From: an uncultured bacterium
GTDB taxonomy: Bacteria > Babelota > Babeliae > Babelales > Vermiphilaceae
Assembly (NCBI GenBank): GCA_963701645.1
Contig: OY969616.1
Coordinates: 502,463-566,462, forward strand
Length of the DNA stretch: 64,000 nt
Reading direction: 5' to 3'
Each line of letters opens with the position of its first letter. Position 1 is the first letter of the stretch. The notes beneath the pieces were generated by a model, which saw nothing but the letters and a program-made list of their open reading frames with translations, did no database searches and was not told where the DNA came from. Shown piece by piece: positions 45,969 to 56,085 of this stretch. A program made the position numbers and the translations under genes.

Positions 45969-47540
45969 TCAAAAATTAGCACCAAGCCGAACCCAGACCG
46001 CCCATTGTGATTCAGCAGTGCGGAAAAAAACGGTGGTGTCCCGTTCATTAATACCTTCAAATTCTATTTCTGCACCGACGCCAATGAGGGGGAGGAATAG
46101 CTCCGTTTCATGCTCACAGGTGTACGCATAGCCGATATAGCCGAAAAATTTGTTGGTCAGAAGAAGTTGTGTTTTGGCAGAATGACGATCAATATTATTT
46201 GGGGTGATAAAGACGGGAGAAGGGCTATCGACAACGAGCATCTGATCAGCAAATTCGTTGCCCAAAATAGTTGCAGTGCTTTGAGTTGTGGGTGCCAGAA
46301 AACCGGTGACCGGATCACTTATTTGTTGGATGCCTTTGAGACCAAGAGTGTTGTTGGTAATATTATTTTCCAATGTTACTTTTTCTTTACTTCTGATCCA
46401 TCCTTCATAGCCGAAATCAAACACAAAATTGTTGTACGTGTACGCGAGCATGAGCAAGCCATCAGCCTGAATATTATTGTGTACTTTACATTCTAGGGTG
46501 GTGCTATTAATAACTGGTGCTGCAGTTCCGGTGAATGAGCCGTTACTGAAAAGTTTTGCGGGAATATATCTGCTGGCAAAGCCATTTGGCTGGAGATCGA
46601 ATGAGCGGTACTGTTTTGAGGCAAGAAGAGTTGATAACGTGAGGTCAAGGTACACATTAAGTTGTTGCTGCCCATCTTTTTCCCAGACAATAGTGTGACC
46701 GGAAAAACCAATGCCGATTTCCGCATTGCGTCGATTACCCAGGAGTGGCTCGAACAGGAAAATACCATGAGGTCGTGTTCCTGTCGGCAATGCTGCGCGA
46801 AGACTGACCCCTGCATGACACAAATCATGGAGAAAAAAGTTCCATCCAAATTCAAGCCGCATGTCTGCAGCGCCAGCCGTTGACCGTTTTTGTATTTTGC
46901 CCCGTTGCAGTCCACCTATGGCACCATAAGAAACGTTGCCTTTCATTGCATCAATGAATGATGCAAACGGCGCGGCGAGTGGTGTTGCATTTGTGGTGAC
47001 ATAGCCGGGAGGAAACGGTGTTGCAGTGCCTGGAGCAAAAATATCTTCCGTCAAACGGAGATCCCATTGTGTCCACCCCGCAGGTAATGTTACCCGTCCA
47101 TAAATACCGCGGTAAATACACGGCATATCTATGTAAAAATCAAATTCAACAAGTGCAGTTCTGATGATCGGGTCAAGGAGTACAAAACTTGCAAATTCTG
47201 GCGAAAGACCAAAATAGTCAGCAAGGAGATCTTGTGGTCCCCGTTGCGGTACTTGGCTGCCAGAAATAGACAGATGAGCGGAGCCAAAAAGGGCTGATGC
47301 GATACGCTGTGGACGAACTGATTGTCCGTACACCGGTGTGACAAAAAAGATGCCCTGTGTTTTTTGTGTTGGCTGATAAATAAAGGGGTGAATGCCGGCA
47401 TAGCGGCGCGCTTCATTAAGACCTTGCGGGCGCGGAATAAAAACGGAAATGCCGCGCAGGGTATCATCAAAATTGCCCCCGTGCAAAAAGGCTGTTGCCA
47501 ATGTACATGCAATAAGAATACTATAGAATGCATAGATCAT
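45969..47540 (-). CDS. Porin-like outer-membrane beta-barrel paralog (523 aa)
   Basis: Signal peptide. Family motifs LLADYFGLSPEF and LPTGTRPHGIFLFEP. C-terminal beta-signal WAVWVRLGANF. Confidence 0.85.
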   Translation of the reverse strand: MIYAFYSILIACTLATAFLHGGNFDDTLRGISVFIPRPQGLNEARRYAGIHPFIYQPTQKTQGIFFVTPVYGQSVRPQRIASALFGSAHLSISGSQVPQRGPQDLLADYFGLSPEFASFVLLDPIIRTALVEFDFYIDMPCIYRGIYGRVTLPAGWTQWDLRLTEDIFAPGTATPFPPGYVTTNATPLAAPFASFIDAMKGNVSYGAIGGLQRGKIQKRSTAGAADMRLEFGWNFFLHDLCHAGVSLRAALPTGTRPHGIFLFEPLLGNRRNAEIGIGFSGHTIVWEKDGQQQLNVYLDLTLSTLLASKQYRSFDLQPNGFASRYIPAKLFSNGSFTGTAAPVINSTTLECKVHNNIQADGLLMLAYTYNNFVFDFGYEGWIRSKEKVTLENNITNNTLGLKGIQQISDPVTGFLAPTTQSTATILGNEFADQMLVVDSPSPVFITPNNIDRHSAKTQLLLTNKFFGYIGYAYTCEHETELFLPLIGVGAEIEFEGINERDTTVFFRTAESQWAVWVRLGANF

Positions 47541-47625
47541 AGCAGTACCCCGGCATAAAGTTCATCTTTTTTATCGCTTTTACTATAGGAAATTTGTGAC
47601 CGTGGAGGCAAGCATTTCTCCTTTT

Positions 47626-49446
47626 TTATCGTAAAATTCCACCCTTTAAAGAAATTGACCAAAAAGAGAAAGCAGTGTTTACGCTTGTCGTTCGTTCTTC
47701 TTTTTCTGTCGGCCCTGGAGCTCGTCCAAAATCAACTTGGGCTCCGAATCCAAAAAACCAGGTAATCGTATCTCGTTCCCAGGTGCGATGGAGATGGGTG
47801 CCTATTTTTTGAACAAGCCCGCGCGTTTCTCCGCTCATGATGTCAAGGTCAGCCAACGAAAGAGGAATTGGTGGCAGTGACGTTTGAATAATGTTGTCAG
47901 GAGACGTGTCATCAATTGATGCTACTAAATATTGGCCTGCCGTGGTGGCGGCGGGGAGCGGGTTATCTATTTTTGGATTGCGGCGAGCTTGTGCAATAAT
48001 GGCATCGGGAGTTTTTGTGCCAATGCCGGTGCGAGGAAAATTAGTACCGGTGTAAATGGTTGCTTGGCTTTCAGTTGCTGATAAGGGGACGGGTGTGTCG
48101 ATGGGCAGAGACCCTGGCGGTCTATTTTGTCCGACAAAACCAAAAAGTTGCGCATCTCCTTTGAATGCCCAGCCTTGGGGAAATACTGACGGATTGAGAA
48201 TGTCGATATGTTCTCCGGTACGCATCCAGACATTGTAAAAAAAAGTGAAAAATGTGCGTGGGCTTTTGTACATGCCCATGAGGGTAAAATCTACCATAAC
48301 GGGAGCCCAGACATGAATATTAAATGTGGTAAAGTTTGCAAGGGGAGAAACTTCTCCATTATATATGGTGCTGATGGGAATGAGCGTTGTGCCTTGCTGT
48401 GCAGCAAGAGGAGACTGATCCATTGTTGTCAGCCGTTCGACAAGCTGATATCGACTGAGCGGTTTTTTCATATCAAACGTTCGCGTTTGCGTGGTGCCAA
48501 AGACATGGCTTATGGTCAGGTTGCTCCAGAAGGTGACTGATTGAATATTGTCATTATCATGCCACGCAAGAGCGCGACCTGAACAGCCTATGCCAAGTGT
48601 TGCCTGATGACCATTATTGGTAATCGGTTCAAATAAAAAAACTGCTTCAGGTCTGTTGTCAGTTGGCACTGTTCCCTGAATATATGGTGCGACATGATAC
48701 CATTTTGATTTCCATGGCACAACGCCGAGCGTTCCCTGGAGTGCCGCGAGCGCTGTTTTATAGAGTGGCTTGGGACTCATTTTGGCATAGGCGAGCGGAT
48801 GAAAATTGAGGTTGTCAATTGTTGGAGTAGCACCTGCGGCAAACGAAATAAAATTGGGGAGTAGTTGAGAGCGGGGAACTGCTTGTGGTGTAAAATATCC
48901 CGCGTCGTAACCATTTTTTCCCGGCACCGTGATAATTTCTTCAAGCTCCATGCTCCATTTTGTGTGTACGACCGGTGCGCTGACAAGAATATACAAATGT
49001 TTGAAACGTCTGTCATTACTATAATAAAAATAGGGACGAAAAATAAAGGTCGATGCATGGGGAGTCAAACGAACGTAACTTGTATAATCAGTCGGCAGGC
49101 AAAAATAGTCAGCAAGCCAGTCATGCTGCGGAACTCGTGTTGGTGCGCGGCTGCCACTGATCGTAATTGTTTTGCGACAATTTGTTGCATCATCGCCAAA
49201 CATGCTTTGATTGATGCGCTCAGGACGAAAGGTCAGGGTAAATTCGATGGCACCATCAAGAATATATCGTTGTTGTTTGTCGTTAATAGTGCGCACAAGT
49301 ATGTCGTGACGACCGATAATGTCATCAACGTTATAAGCAGTGACGGGACGAGGGTTGACAAATGTTGCAACGCGATCCTGAAGAGGGGCGTGCATTAAAA
49401 ATGGGACGCACAGGACAAAAAGGTGAATCAAATAGTAGAGTATCAT
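47626..49446 (-). CDS. Porin-like outer-membrane beta-barrel paralog (~606 aa)
   Basis: The ORF track starts at GTG 49464. ATG 49444-49446 lies 1 nt after the upstream stop (TAAcATG coupling). Motifs WLADYFCLPTDY and PTDNRPEAVFLFEP. Confidence 0.85.
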   Translation of the reverse strand: MILYYLIHLFVLCVPFLMHAPLQDRVATFVNPRPVTAYNVDDIIGRHDILVRTINDKQQRYILDGAIEFTLTFRPERINQSMFGDDATNCRKTITISGSRAPTRVPQHDWLADYFCLPTDYTSYVRLTPHASTFIFRPYFYYSNDRRFKHLYILVSAPVVHTKWSMELEEIITVPGKNGYDAGYFTPQAVPRSQLLPNFISFAAGATPTIDNLNFHPLAYAKMSPKPLYKTALAALQGTLGVVPWKSKWYHVAPYIQGTVPTDNRPEAVFLFEPITNNGHQATLGIGCSGRALAWHDNDNIQSVTFWSNLTISHVFGTTQTRTFDMKKPLSRYQLVERLTTMDQSPLAAQQGTTLIPISTIYNGEVSPLANFTTFNIHVWAPVMVDFTLMGMYKSPRTFFTFFYNVWMRTGEHIDILNPSVFPQGWAFKGDAQLFGFVGQNRPPGSLPIDTPVPLSATESQATIYTGTNFPRTGIGTKTPDAIIAQARRNPKIDNPLPAATTAGQYLVASIDDTSPDNIIQTSLPPIPLSLADLDIMSGETRGLVQKIGTHLHRTWERDTITWFFGFGAQVDFGRAPGPTEKEERTTSVNTAFSFWSISLKGGILR

Positions 49447-49447
49447 G

Positions 49448-51253
49448 TTAAAACGCAAGTCCACCTTTTATCCATACTGTCCACTGAGATACTGACATTC
49501 GGTAAGGTGACTGGCTCTGCTCGTGATTCCACTCACTTTGTGCACCAATGCCGATGTATGGCGTCCATTCTTTGCAGGGAGAACAACTATATCCAGCATA
49601 GACAAAGAGTGTTGATGACATGCCGCGGAGCTGTGCACCGGTTACATCAAGATCACTGACGGTCAAAAATATTGGATTGATCGATGTGTTAATACGATTG
49701 TCAGCAGTATCTGGTAGTCCAGGAGCATACTCAAGGGGAAGTAATTGCGGAGGAGAAGGAGGTGTTGGAGCGGGACTGAATGCTTCTTGTGGATTATCTA
49801 CATTGGGGTTTGTTTGTGCAGTGGCAATAACATCAGGGTCAGTAGTTCCTGTTGCAGGAAAGTTGGTACCGGCATGAATCGTAGCCTGATTTTCAGTAGC
49901 GGATAATGCTACGCTCGTTGCCAGATCGGGATAGTAGCCAAAGACTTGTGCGTCACCTTTAATTGCCCAGGTGGTATTATTGATTAAAACATTTTCACGA
50001 TCGCGGGCAAGAGAAATTGCTTCTTCAGTTTGTCCCCAGAAATTGTATCCAATATCAAATGAAAAGTTGCCCGTAGTGTATGACAATAAGAGCAGTAAAT
50101 CAACTTGTGCTGTTGCATGAACATTGCAATGAACTGCGGTTAAATTAGCAAGAGGGGCAAAGACAAAAGAAAATTGTCCTGTTGAAGGAATACCCTCAGC
50201 ATTGGTAACCGTTGAAGGAAGTTCCAGCTTTTCTGCCAACATAAATCTGGTCAATGGGCCTGTTTTGAGATCAAAGACGCGTATTTGGCGGGTGGTAAAA
50301 AGATGCGTGAGGCTGAGATCGCCATAGAAGTATAAGGCACTATTATTTTCATCATTATGCCAAATGCGATAGTTGCCGGTAAATCCGCCACCAAATTCCC
50401 AGTGATGGCTGTTGCCAATGACGGGAGTGAAAAGATGTACGCCATCGGGTCGTGTGCCAACCGGTGATATGGCAAGAACGCGAACGCCAAATAAATAATC
50501 TTCATAATAAGGAGTGTCCCAGCCAAAACCAAACTGAATGTCGGCAATTTTTGTGTGATGCATGCTGCCTTCTTTCATGCGAGAAAATTTTAGTGATTGC
50601 AGCGTAATGTCGGGAACAGATGTAATGGTAGTATTGCCGCTGGCATAGGAAGAAAATGAGTATAATAATTTTTTCCGCGCAACGCTGCCGACGGCCAATG
50701 CGCCCGGTGCATAATTATTCACCCCAGGACTGGTGACATTTTCTTGAATATGAAGATTTGATGTGCAGCGAACAAGCGGGGCGAATGCCCAGAGATATAA
50801 TCCGCGGAGCCAGGGATTTAAATCAAGATACCAGAGAATATCGAAAATAACTGATTCAGTTCTTGGTTTGAGCGAGACGGTGCTTGAAAAGTCAGTCGGA
50901 AGATAAAAATAGTCTGCAAGAAGATCTTGCGGTTGTCGATTTGTTGTTTGGCTGCCGGTAACGCGGAAAGTATTGTCAGTGGTCAGCGCCATGCCAAATA
51001 ATTTTTTTGCCAAAAGTTTATCTCTAAAGCAGTGGCTATAGCCAAGATTAAATGCCAATGTCCCCTGGAGAATATCAGGGTTGGGATGTGTGTGGACAAT
51101 CCATGGATGGATATACCGCGTCATACCTGCTTGTTGTCGCGCAGCATTATGTCCCTGTGATCTTGTTGCAAAATACGGCAATACCGATGGCTCTGCAGAG
51201 TACATGGTGAACTGAAAAAGACTGAGAGCACATATGATGTATACTGTTTTCAT
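49448..51253 (-). CDS. Porin-like outer-membrane beta-barrel paralog (~601 aa)
   Basis: ATG 51251-51253 with an AGGAG RBS (MKTVYIICALSL). Motifs LLADYFYLPTDF and PVGTRPDGVHLFTP. C-terminal WTVWIKGGLAF. Confidence 0.85.
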   Translation of the reverse strand: MKTVYIICALSLFQFTMYSAEPSVLPYFATRSQGHNAARQQAGMTRYIHPWIVHTHPNPDILQGTLAFNLGYSHCFRDKLLAKKLFGMALTTDNTFRVTGSQTTNRQPQDLLADYFYLPTDFSSTVSLKPRTESVIFDILWYLDLNPWLRGLYLWAFAPLVRCTSNLHIQENVTSPGVNNYAPGALAVGSVARKKLLYSFSSYASGNTTITSVPDITLQSLKFSRMKEGSMHHTKIADIQFGFGWDTPYYEDYLFGVRVLAISPVGTRPDGVHLFTPVIGNSHHWEFGGGFTGNYRIWHNDENNSALYFYGDLSLTHLFTTRQIRVFDLKTGPLTRFMLAEKLELPSTVTNAEGIPSTGQFSFVFAPLANLTAVHCNVHATAQVDLLLLLSYTTGNFSFDIGYNFWGQTEEAISLARDRENVLINNTTWAIKGDAQVFGYYPDLATSVALSATENQATIHAGTNFPATGTTDPDVIATAQTNPNVDNPQEAFSPAPTPPSPPQLLPLEYAPGLPDTADNRINTSINPIFLTVSDLDVTGAQLRGMSSTLFVYAGYSCSPCKEWTPYIGIGAQSEWNHEQSQSPYRMSVSQWTVWIKGGLAF

Positions 51254-51332
51254 AGACACTCCTTTTGCGCAGCATAGCATTCTTGTTCTTGTTATACCAC
51301 AGAAAAGAGATTTTGTGCCAACAATTTTCTAC

Positions 51333-51363
51333 AAAAAAAAGCCCGAGACATCTCGGGCTTTTT
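51333..51363 (-). terminator. Rho-independent terminator (bidirectional-looking) after 51429-53447
   Basis: GCCCGAGA/TCTCGGGC stem at 51341-51358, flanked by an A8 run (51333-51340) and a T5 run (51359-51363). Confidence 0.8.
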
Positions 51364-51428
51364 AAGTACCTATTTTGTTGCTTTATAAAGGTATGTATAT
51401 GTTCTTACATTACCCTAACAAGCACCAA

Positions 51429-53447
51429 TTAGTTGAATGACAGACCAACTCTGAACCATACGCTCCACTGGGTCAGTGCACTGTCAATGGTGTTATTGCT
51501 TGTTGTTACTGTGCTTGTGGTAACAACAGGAGGATTGGCATTGTTGTTATTTTTGTTCACATGTCCGCCAAATTCAGCAGTAGCACCAACGTCGATGTAT
51601 GGAATCCAGTTTTCACAGCTGATAAAGGTGTAGTTAAAGTTTGTGAAAACAGTGTTTGAAATACCCCGTGTTTGCGCGCCTTCCAAGTTCAAATCAGTTG
51701 CCGTGATAAAGACTGGAGGATTGGATGTTTTGATGGTATTGGCAGGGTTGTCAGCTTCATTGCTAGGGTAGAAAATTAACCGTACGCTGGTAGCACCTGA
51801 TGTGGCATATGCAAACTGTGCAGCATCAACGCCATAGTTTCTCAAAAGAGGCTGATTACTAGTAGCATCAGTAATATCCGTCGTTGCATTTGTTCCTGCA
51901 AAAATAGTAGCATTACTTTCTGTCGCAGATAAAGCTATAACGTCTCCTTGCTCGAGTGGAGGCAAGCCGTTACTTGCTACAAACCCATATACCATAGCAT
52001 CACCTTTGAGCGCCCAGGTGTTTTCAGGGAATGCATTAGAGCTTTCATTGCGTAAGTCTACATCTTCTGTGCTGCGGCCCCAGAAATTATAACCAATATT
52101 CCATGAGAACCCTTTGCAGGTGAAATTAAACATTGCTGAAAGATCGCCTTGTGCTCCAACACTGACTTTTACATCACGGGTTGAAAAGTTAGCAACCGGT
52201 GCGATTACTTCTTGGAACTGTGTTTTTAATGGTGTTGCTGCGGGATCGAGAGGAACAGTTCCAGCATTGGAATCCGGATTTTGAGTGCTGCTTGAAAGGT
52301 ACGTTACTGGTGCGCCAAGCTTTGTTGCAAGCATATAACGGCTTAATGGGTCGCCAATGAGATCCAATGTGCGCCGTTGTTTTGCCTTGAACATATGAGT
52401 TATGTCAGCTTCAAGAACGAAGTCAAAATGTTTGTCTTCGTCTTCGCTACGCCAGAAGGTGTAATGGCCAGTGACAACACCGCCAAGTTCCCAATGTTTA
52501 CCGTTACCAGCATTTGGTGGGAATAGGAACTCTGCATTAGGCCGTTTACCGGTTGGTGCAAGAGCCTGAATACCAATACCTAAATGATAATCTTCATCAA
52601 GCAAGAAATCATAGGTTAATTCTAAGCGAAGACCAGCAAAGCTGTTTTGCGTAATACTTGCACTGGTGACGCCAGTTGTGTTGTTGCTATTGTTGGTGCC
52701 GGTGTTGACGCGAGCAAAAACTAATGAGGCAGCTTCTGTTGTCGTCAAATCAGATGGTACTTGTCCTGATAAATATGCCATAAAGCCGGGTAGCAAATTA
52801 GCAGTAAGGACTGGCTCTGTATCAAAGAAACCCCCTTCATATCCAACACTACCCTTGTTTGTTACAGTTTCAGACATATGGAGGTTGTACCGTTCGTGAA
52901 CAAATGGTCCAAAGATACGGAAGTACAGACCTTGTACCCACTCGTCAAGTGCCATGTAGAAATGGAAATCGAGTCTGAATGTTCGTGCTTGTGGCTTGAC
53001 CGTTACAGTACTTGCAAAATCACGGGGAAGATAGAAGTTTTCCGCCATGAGTGCCTGTGGATTACGGCTGGTGTTGACATTCTGATAGCCATCAGCATCC
53101 ACTGTTGCAAGTTCAGTGCCTGAAATGAGGAACATGCGTCCATCATTGTTGTCACTGTTCGTGGTTCCACTTGGTGTTTGTATCAAGGCAGGTCCGAAGA
53201 GCATTTCTGCAAGACGGCCTGGACGGAAAGATTGTGCATAGTCTGCACGGATGAACATGGTACCATAATACGTTTCCATATCATATAAATGAGTATGGTG
53301 ATCCATACCAATTATTTTGATAATAGTGTCACGGTCTGGTGAACGAAACTGTAAATATGGTGCTACGTTCAACGTTAGATTCATTGTCAGCACTGAACAT
53401 GGTACCAATGCAGACATGAGAAGCATTTGTTTCAAAAAATATTTCAT
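51429..53447 (-). CDS. Porin-like outer-membrane beta-barrel paralog (672 aa), probably the major expressed copy
   Basis: GAGGAG RBS 6 nt upstream. Signal peptide. Motifs LMAENFYLPRDF and LAPTGKRPNAEFLFPP..GKHWELG. C-terminal WSVWFRVGLSFN. Has its own terminator and a long upstream leader. Asn/Thr-rich low-complexity loops. Confidence 0.88.
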   Translation of the reverse strand: MKYFLKQMLLMSALVPCSVLTMNLTLNVAPYLQFRSPDRDTIIKIIGMDHHTHLYDMETYYGTMFIRADYAQSFRPGRLAEMLFGPALIQTPSGTTNSDNNDGRMFLISGTELATVDADGYQNVNTSRNPQALMAENFYLPRDFASTVTVKPQARTFRLDFHFYMALDEWVQGLYFRIFGPFVHERYNLHMSETVTNKGSVGYEGGFFDTEPVLTANLLPGFMAYLSGQVPSDLTTTEAASLVFARVNTGTNNSNNTTGVTSASITQNSFAGLRLELTYDFLLDEDYHLGIGIQALAPTGKRPNAEFLFPPNAGNGKHWELGGVVTGHYTFWRSEDEDKHFDFVLEADITHMFKAKQRRTLDLIGDPLSRYMLATKLGAPVTYLSSSTQNPDSNAGTVPLDPAATPLKTQFQEVIAPVANFSTRDVKVSVGAQGDLSAMFNFTCKGFSWNIGYNFWGRSTEDVDLRNESSNAFPENTWALKGDAMVYGFVASNGLPPLEQGDVIALSATESNATIFAGTNATTDITDATSNQPLLRNYGVDAAQFAYATSGATSVRLIFYPSNEADNPANTIKTSNPPVFITATDLNLEGAQTRGISNTVFTNFNYTFISCENWIPYIDVGATAEFGGHVNKNNNNANPPVVTTSTVTTSNNTIDSALTQWSVWFRVGLSFN

Positions 53448-53938
53448 AATAAACTCCTCTGTTTACTCCTTACAATCGATGTAAATATATGGCGAATGTA
53501 TTGTAGATATTATGTACACAAGATACGCGTACATAATGAGATGTACTGTATTTTCTTACATTCTCCTCCTTTCGCTTAAAAACAACCCACATATTATTTT
53601 TTGTACATGCAATGAGTATGTATGGTGCATATAAATCTAGTTAAAATATTTATATATTGCAATACACCTGATCAAAGTATGCACTATATGGTCGGTTGCA
53701 TCCTTATATTTCTCCTTACTATATACCGGAGTTTTGGAAGATGTAAAGAAAAAAATAACTGAAGTCAGCGGTAGGTGATTGCTTTATTGAAAAAAACATA
53801 GCAAAATGCGCGCCAATTGCCATTCTGAAGTTGTATAATTCATGGCAAAACTGTACCAGTCACTCAAAACATTCTTGTGGTAGAAAATTGTTTTGCGCTA
53901 TAGTGATGAAAATAATAAGGGCGAGAGGTGGGGTGAAT

Positions 53939-55933
53939 ATGCGTGTATCTTTGAAAAAAAAATATTACGTCTATGGCATGAAGGGCACAGCATGTGCATG
54001 TGTTTTTTTTGCCGTTGCGCAGATATATTGGTTGTATTACTATTCTGTTCATGCACCATCATGGTTGTACACATTATTTTATGGCACAACAGTTGCTTCT
54101 TCGGGTGGTGGAGCGCAGTATGCTGCAACGATGCGCTATTTGCTTGGCAGTTCTGCTTGGTGTACTGCAGGAATATTATTATATATAAGTTATGTGCTTT
54201 TTATGCGCATTGCACTGCCTGTGTGGCGTTGTGTGCTGTTATTTTTATTGCCATTTATCAGTGCTTGTTGGTGCCATGTTTTTCAGGTCGGAGCAGTTCA
54301 GCGAGGGATTGCAGGAGGACTGTTTGGGCGATTGTTGGGGAACTTTGTGACGATGTGTGTTGGCGTAGAGTACGGTTCATATTTTATTTCTCTCTGTTTT
54401 TTTAGCATGATTATGGTAGCAACAGAGCTGTACATTGTACGATGGGCCTGCCAAGGTGTGCAGCGCATACTCCTTTTTATGCGCAGGCGTACAAAAAAAC
54501 GGTCGGTGCTTCATGGTGCCGTGCGTGAGCGGAAAAGTAAAAATAATCAACAAAAAGATATACCATTTGATAATGTCTCGCTGCCGCGACTTGCCAGCAA
54601 AACTGTTGATACGAGTTTATATGATGATGAGTATGACGGAGGCATCCGCGCAAAAACATTAGAAGAAAAACTTGCTCGATTTGGCATAGCGGGTATTGTG
54701 GTTGATATAAAAAAAGGTCCGGTGGTGACACTATTTGAGTATCAACCGAGTGCAGATACTAAGTTAAGCAAAATTATTGCCCTTGAAGATGATCTTGCCA
54801 TGGCGCTTCAGGCGATGAGTATTCGTATTATTGCACCGATTCCGGGAAAATCAGTGGTGGGATTTGAAATAACTAATACGCATCGTGTACCGGTATTTTT
54901 TGCATCATTGCTCCATGCAGAATCGTATGAAAAAGGAGTACAGCGGCTGCCACTTATTTTTGGCGTGAATACAACGGGCGCGCCGGTGATTGTTGATTTA
55001 GCCCGGTTACCCCATCTGCTCATTGCCGGTTCGACGGGATCGGGAAAATCTGTGGCGCTCAATGCAATGATAACCAGTTTGTTATGCAAGCGAACGCATG
55101 AAGAGCTTCGTCTCATTTTAATTGATCCAAAGCGTCTTGAATTTACCGTGTACGCAGACATTCCTCACTTGCTGTTTCCTTTGGTGACTGATCCGCGCAA
55201 AGCGATCCCGGTAATGCGATGGGTTGTCAAACATATGGAAGAACGATATGTGCTCATGGCGGCCAGTGGTGTGCGCAACATAGAAGAGTATAATGCAAAA
55301 ATTCCAAACGGTTTGCCGTATATGGTTATTATTATTGATGAGCTTGCTGACCTCATGATGAGTGTTGGCCGTGATATTGAAGATCTTATTACGCGTGTCG
55401 CGCAAATGGCACGAGCGGCGGGGATACACATGATTGTTGCGACACAACGTCCTTCCGTTGATGTTATTACCGGTCTGATAAAAGTAAATTTTCCGAGCAG
55501 AATATCATTTCGTGTTACCTCACGCATTGATTCACGGACAATTCTTGATTGTGCAGGAGCAGAAAAGTTGATTGGTAATGGTGACATGTTATTTCTTGAT
55601 GCACATGCACCACATCTTGAGCGACTACATGGTGCATATATTACGCAGCAGGAAATGAGTTCTGTGGTAGACCATATTAAAATGTATCATGGTCCATCAT
55701 ATATAGAGGGGGCTGCAGAACTTGCTGAAAATACTGAATCGTCATATGCACAAGATCCATTATACCACGATATTATTACATTTTTGGAGTCAGTTGATGA
55801 TGTGTCAATTTCACTCTTGCAGCGTAAATTCCATATTGGGTACAATAGATCAGCACGTATCATAGATCATCTTGAAACGCAGGGTCGTATTATGCCATCA
55901 GATGGTGGGAAAACAAGAAAAGTAATACGATAA
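53939..55933 (+). CDS. ftsK: DNA translocase FtsK
   Basis: N-terminal TM segments. Motor domain with Walker A GSTGSGKS and IIIDELADLM. C-terminal winged-helix gamma domain (LLQRKFHIGYNRSARIID). Start set to ATG 53939 (GAGGTG RBS). Confidence 0.93.
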   Translation: MRVSLKKKYYVYGMKGTACACVFFAVAQIYWLYYYSVHAPSWLYTLFYGTTVASSGGGAQYAATMRYLLGSSAWCTAGILLYISYVLFMRIALPVWRCVLLFLLPFISACWCHVFQVGAVQRGIAGGLFGRLLGNFVTMCVGVEYGSYFISLCFFSMIMVATELYIVRWACQGVQRILLFMRRRTKKRSVLHGAVRERKSKNNQQKDIPFDNVSLPRLASKTVDTSLYDDEYDGGIRAKTLEEKLARFGIAGIVVDIKKGPVVTLFEYQPSADTKLSKIIALEDDLAMALQAMSIRIIAPIPGKSVVGFEITNTHRVPVFFASLLHAESYEKGVQRLPLIFGVNTTGAPVIVDLARLPHLLIAGSTGSGKSVALNAMITSLLCKRTHEELRLILIDPKRLEFTVYADIPHLLFPLVTDPRKAIPVMRWVVKHMEERYVLMAASGVRNIEEYNAKIPNGLPYMVIIIDELADLMMSVGRDIEDLITRVAQMARAAGIHMIVATQRPSVDVITGLIKVNFPSRISFRVTSRIDSRTILDCAGAEKLIGNGDMLFLDAHAPHLERLHGAYITQQEMSSVVDHIKMYHGPSYIEGAAELAENTESSYAQDPLYHDIITFLESVDDVSISLLQRKFHIGYNRSARIIDHLETQGRIMPSDGGKTRKVIR

Positions 55934-56085
55934 ATGGCGAAATGAAAATGATTGCTTGACAAAACCCGGAAAAAAAGCCATGTTGTTGTCACGATAAAAG
56001 TGAAAATTAATTTCCTTATGTAATTGTAATTGTGTGTGTAAGAGGATAGGCGCAACATGTGTTATGAAAAATATGGAGATTCTTG

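Noticed and set aside
53893-54405. 170-aa alternative-frame ORF inside the ftsK 5' region
   Set aside because: It is Cys/Phe-rich nonsense composition. The ftsK frame encodes coherent TM helices continuous with the motor domain.
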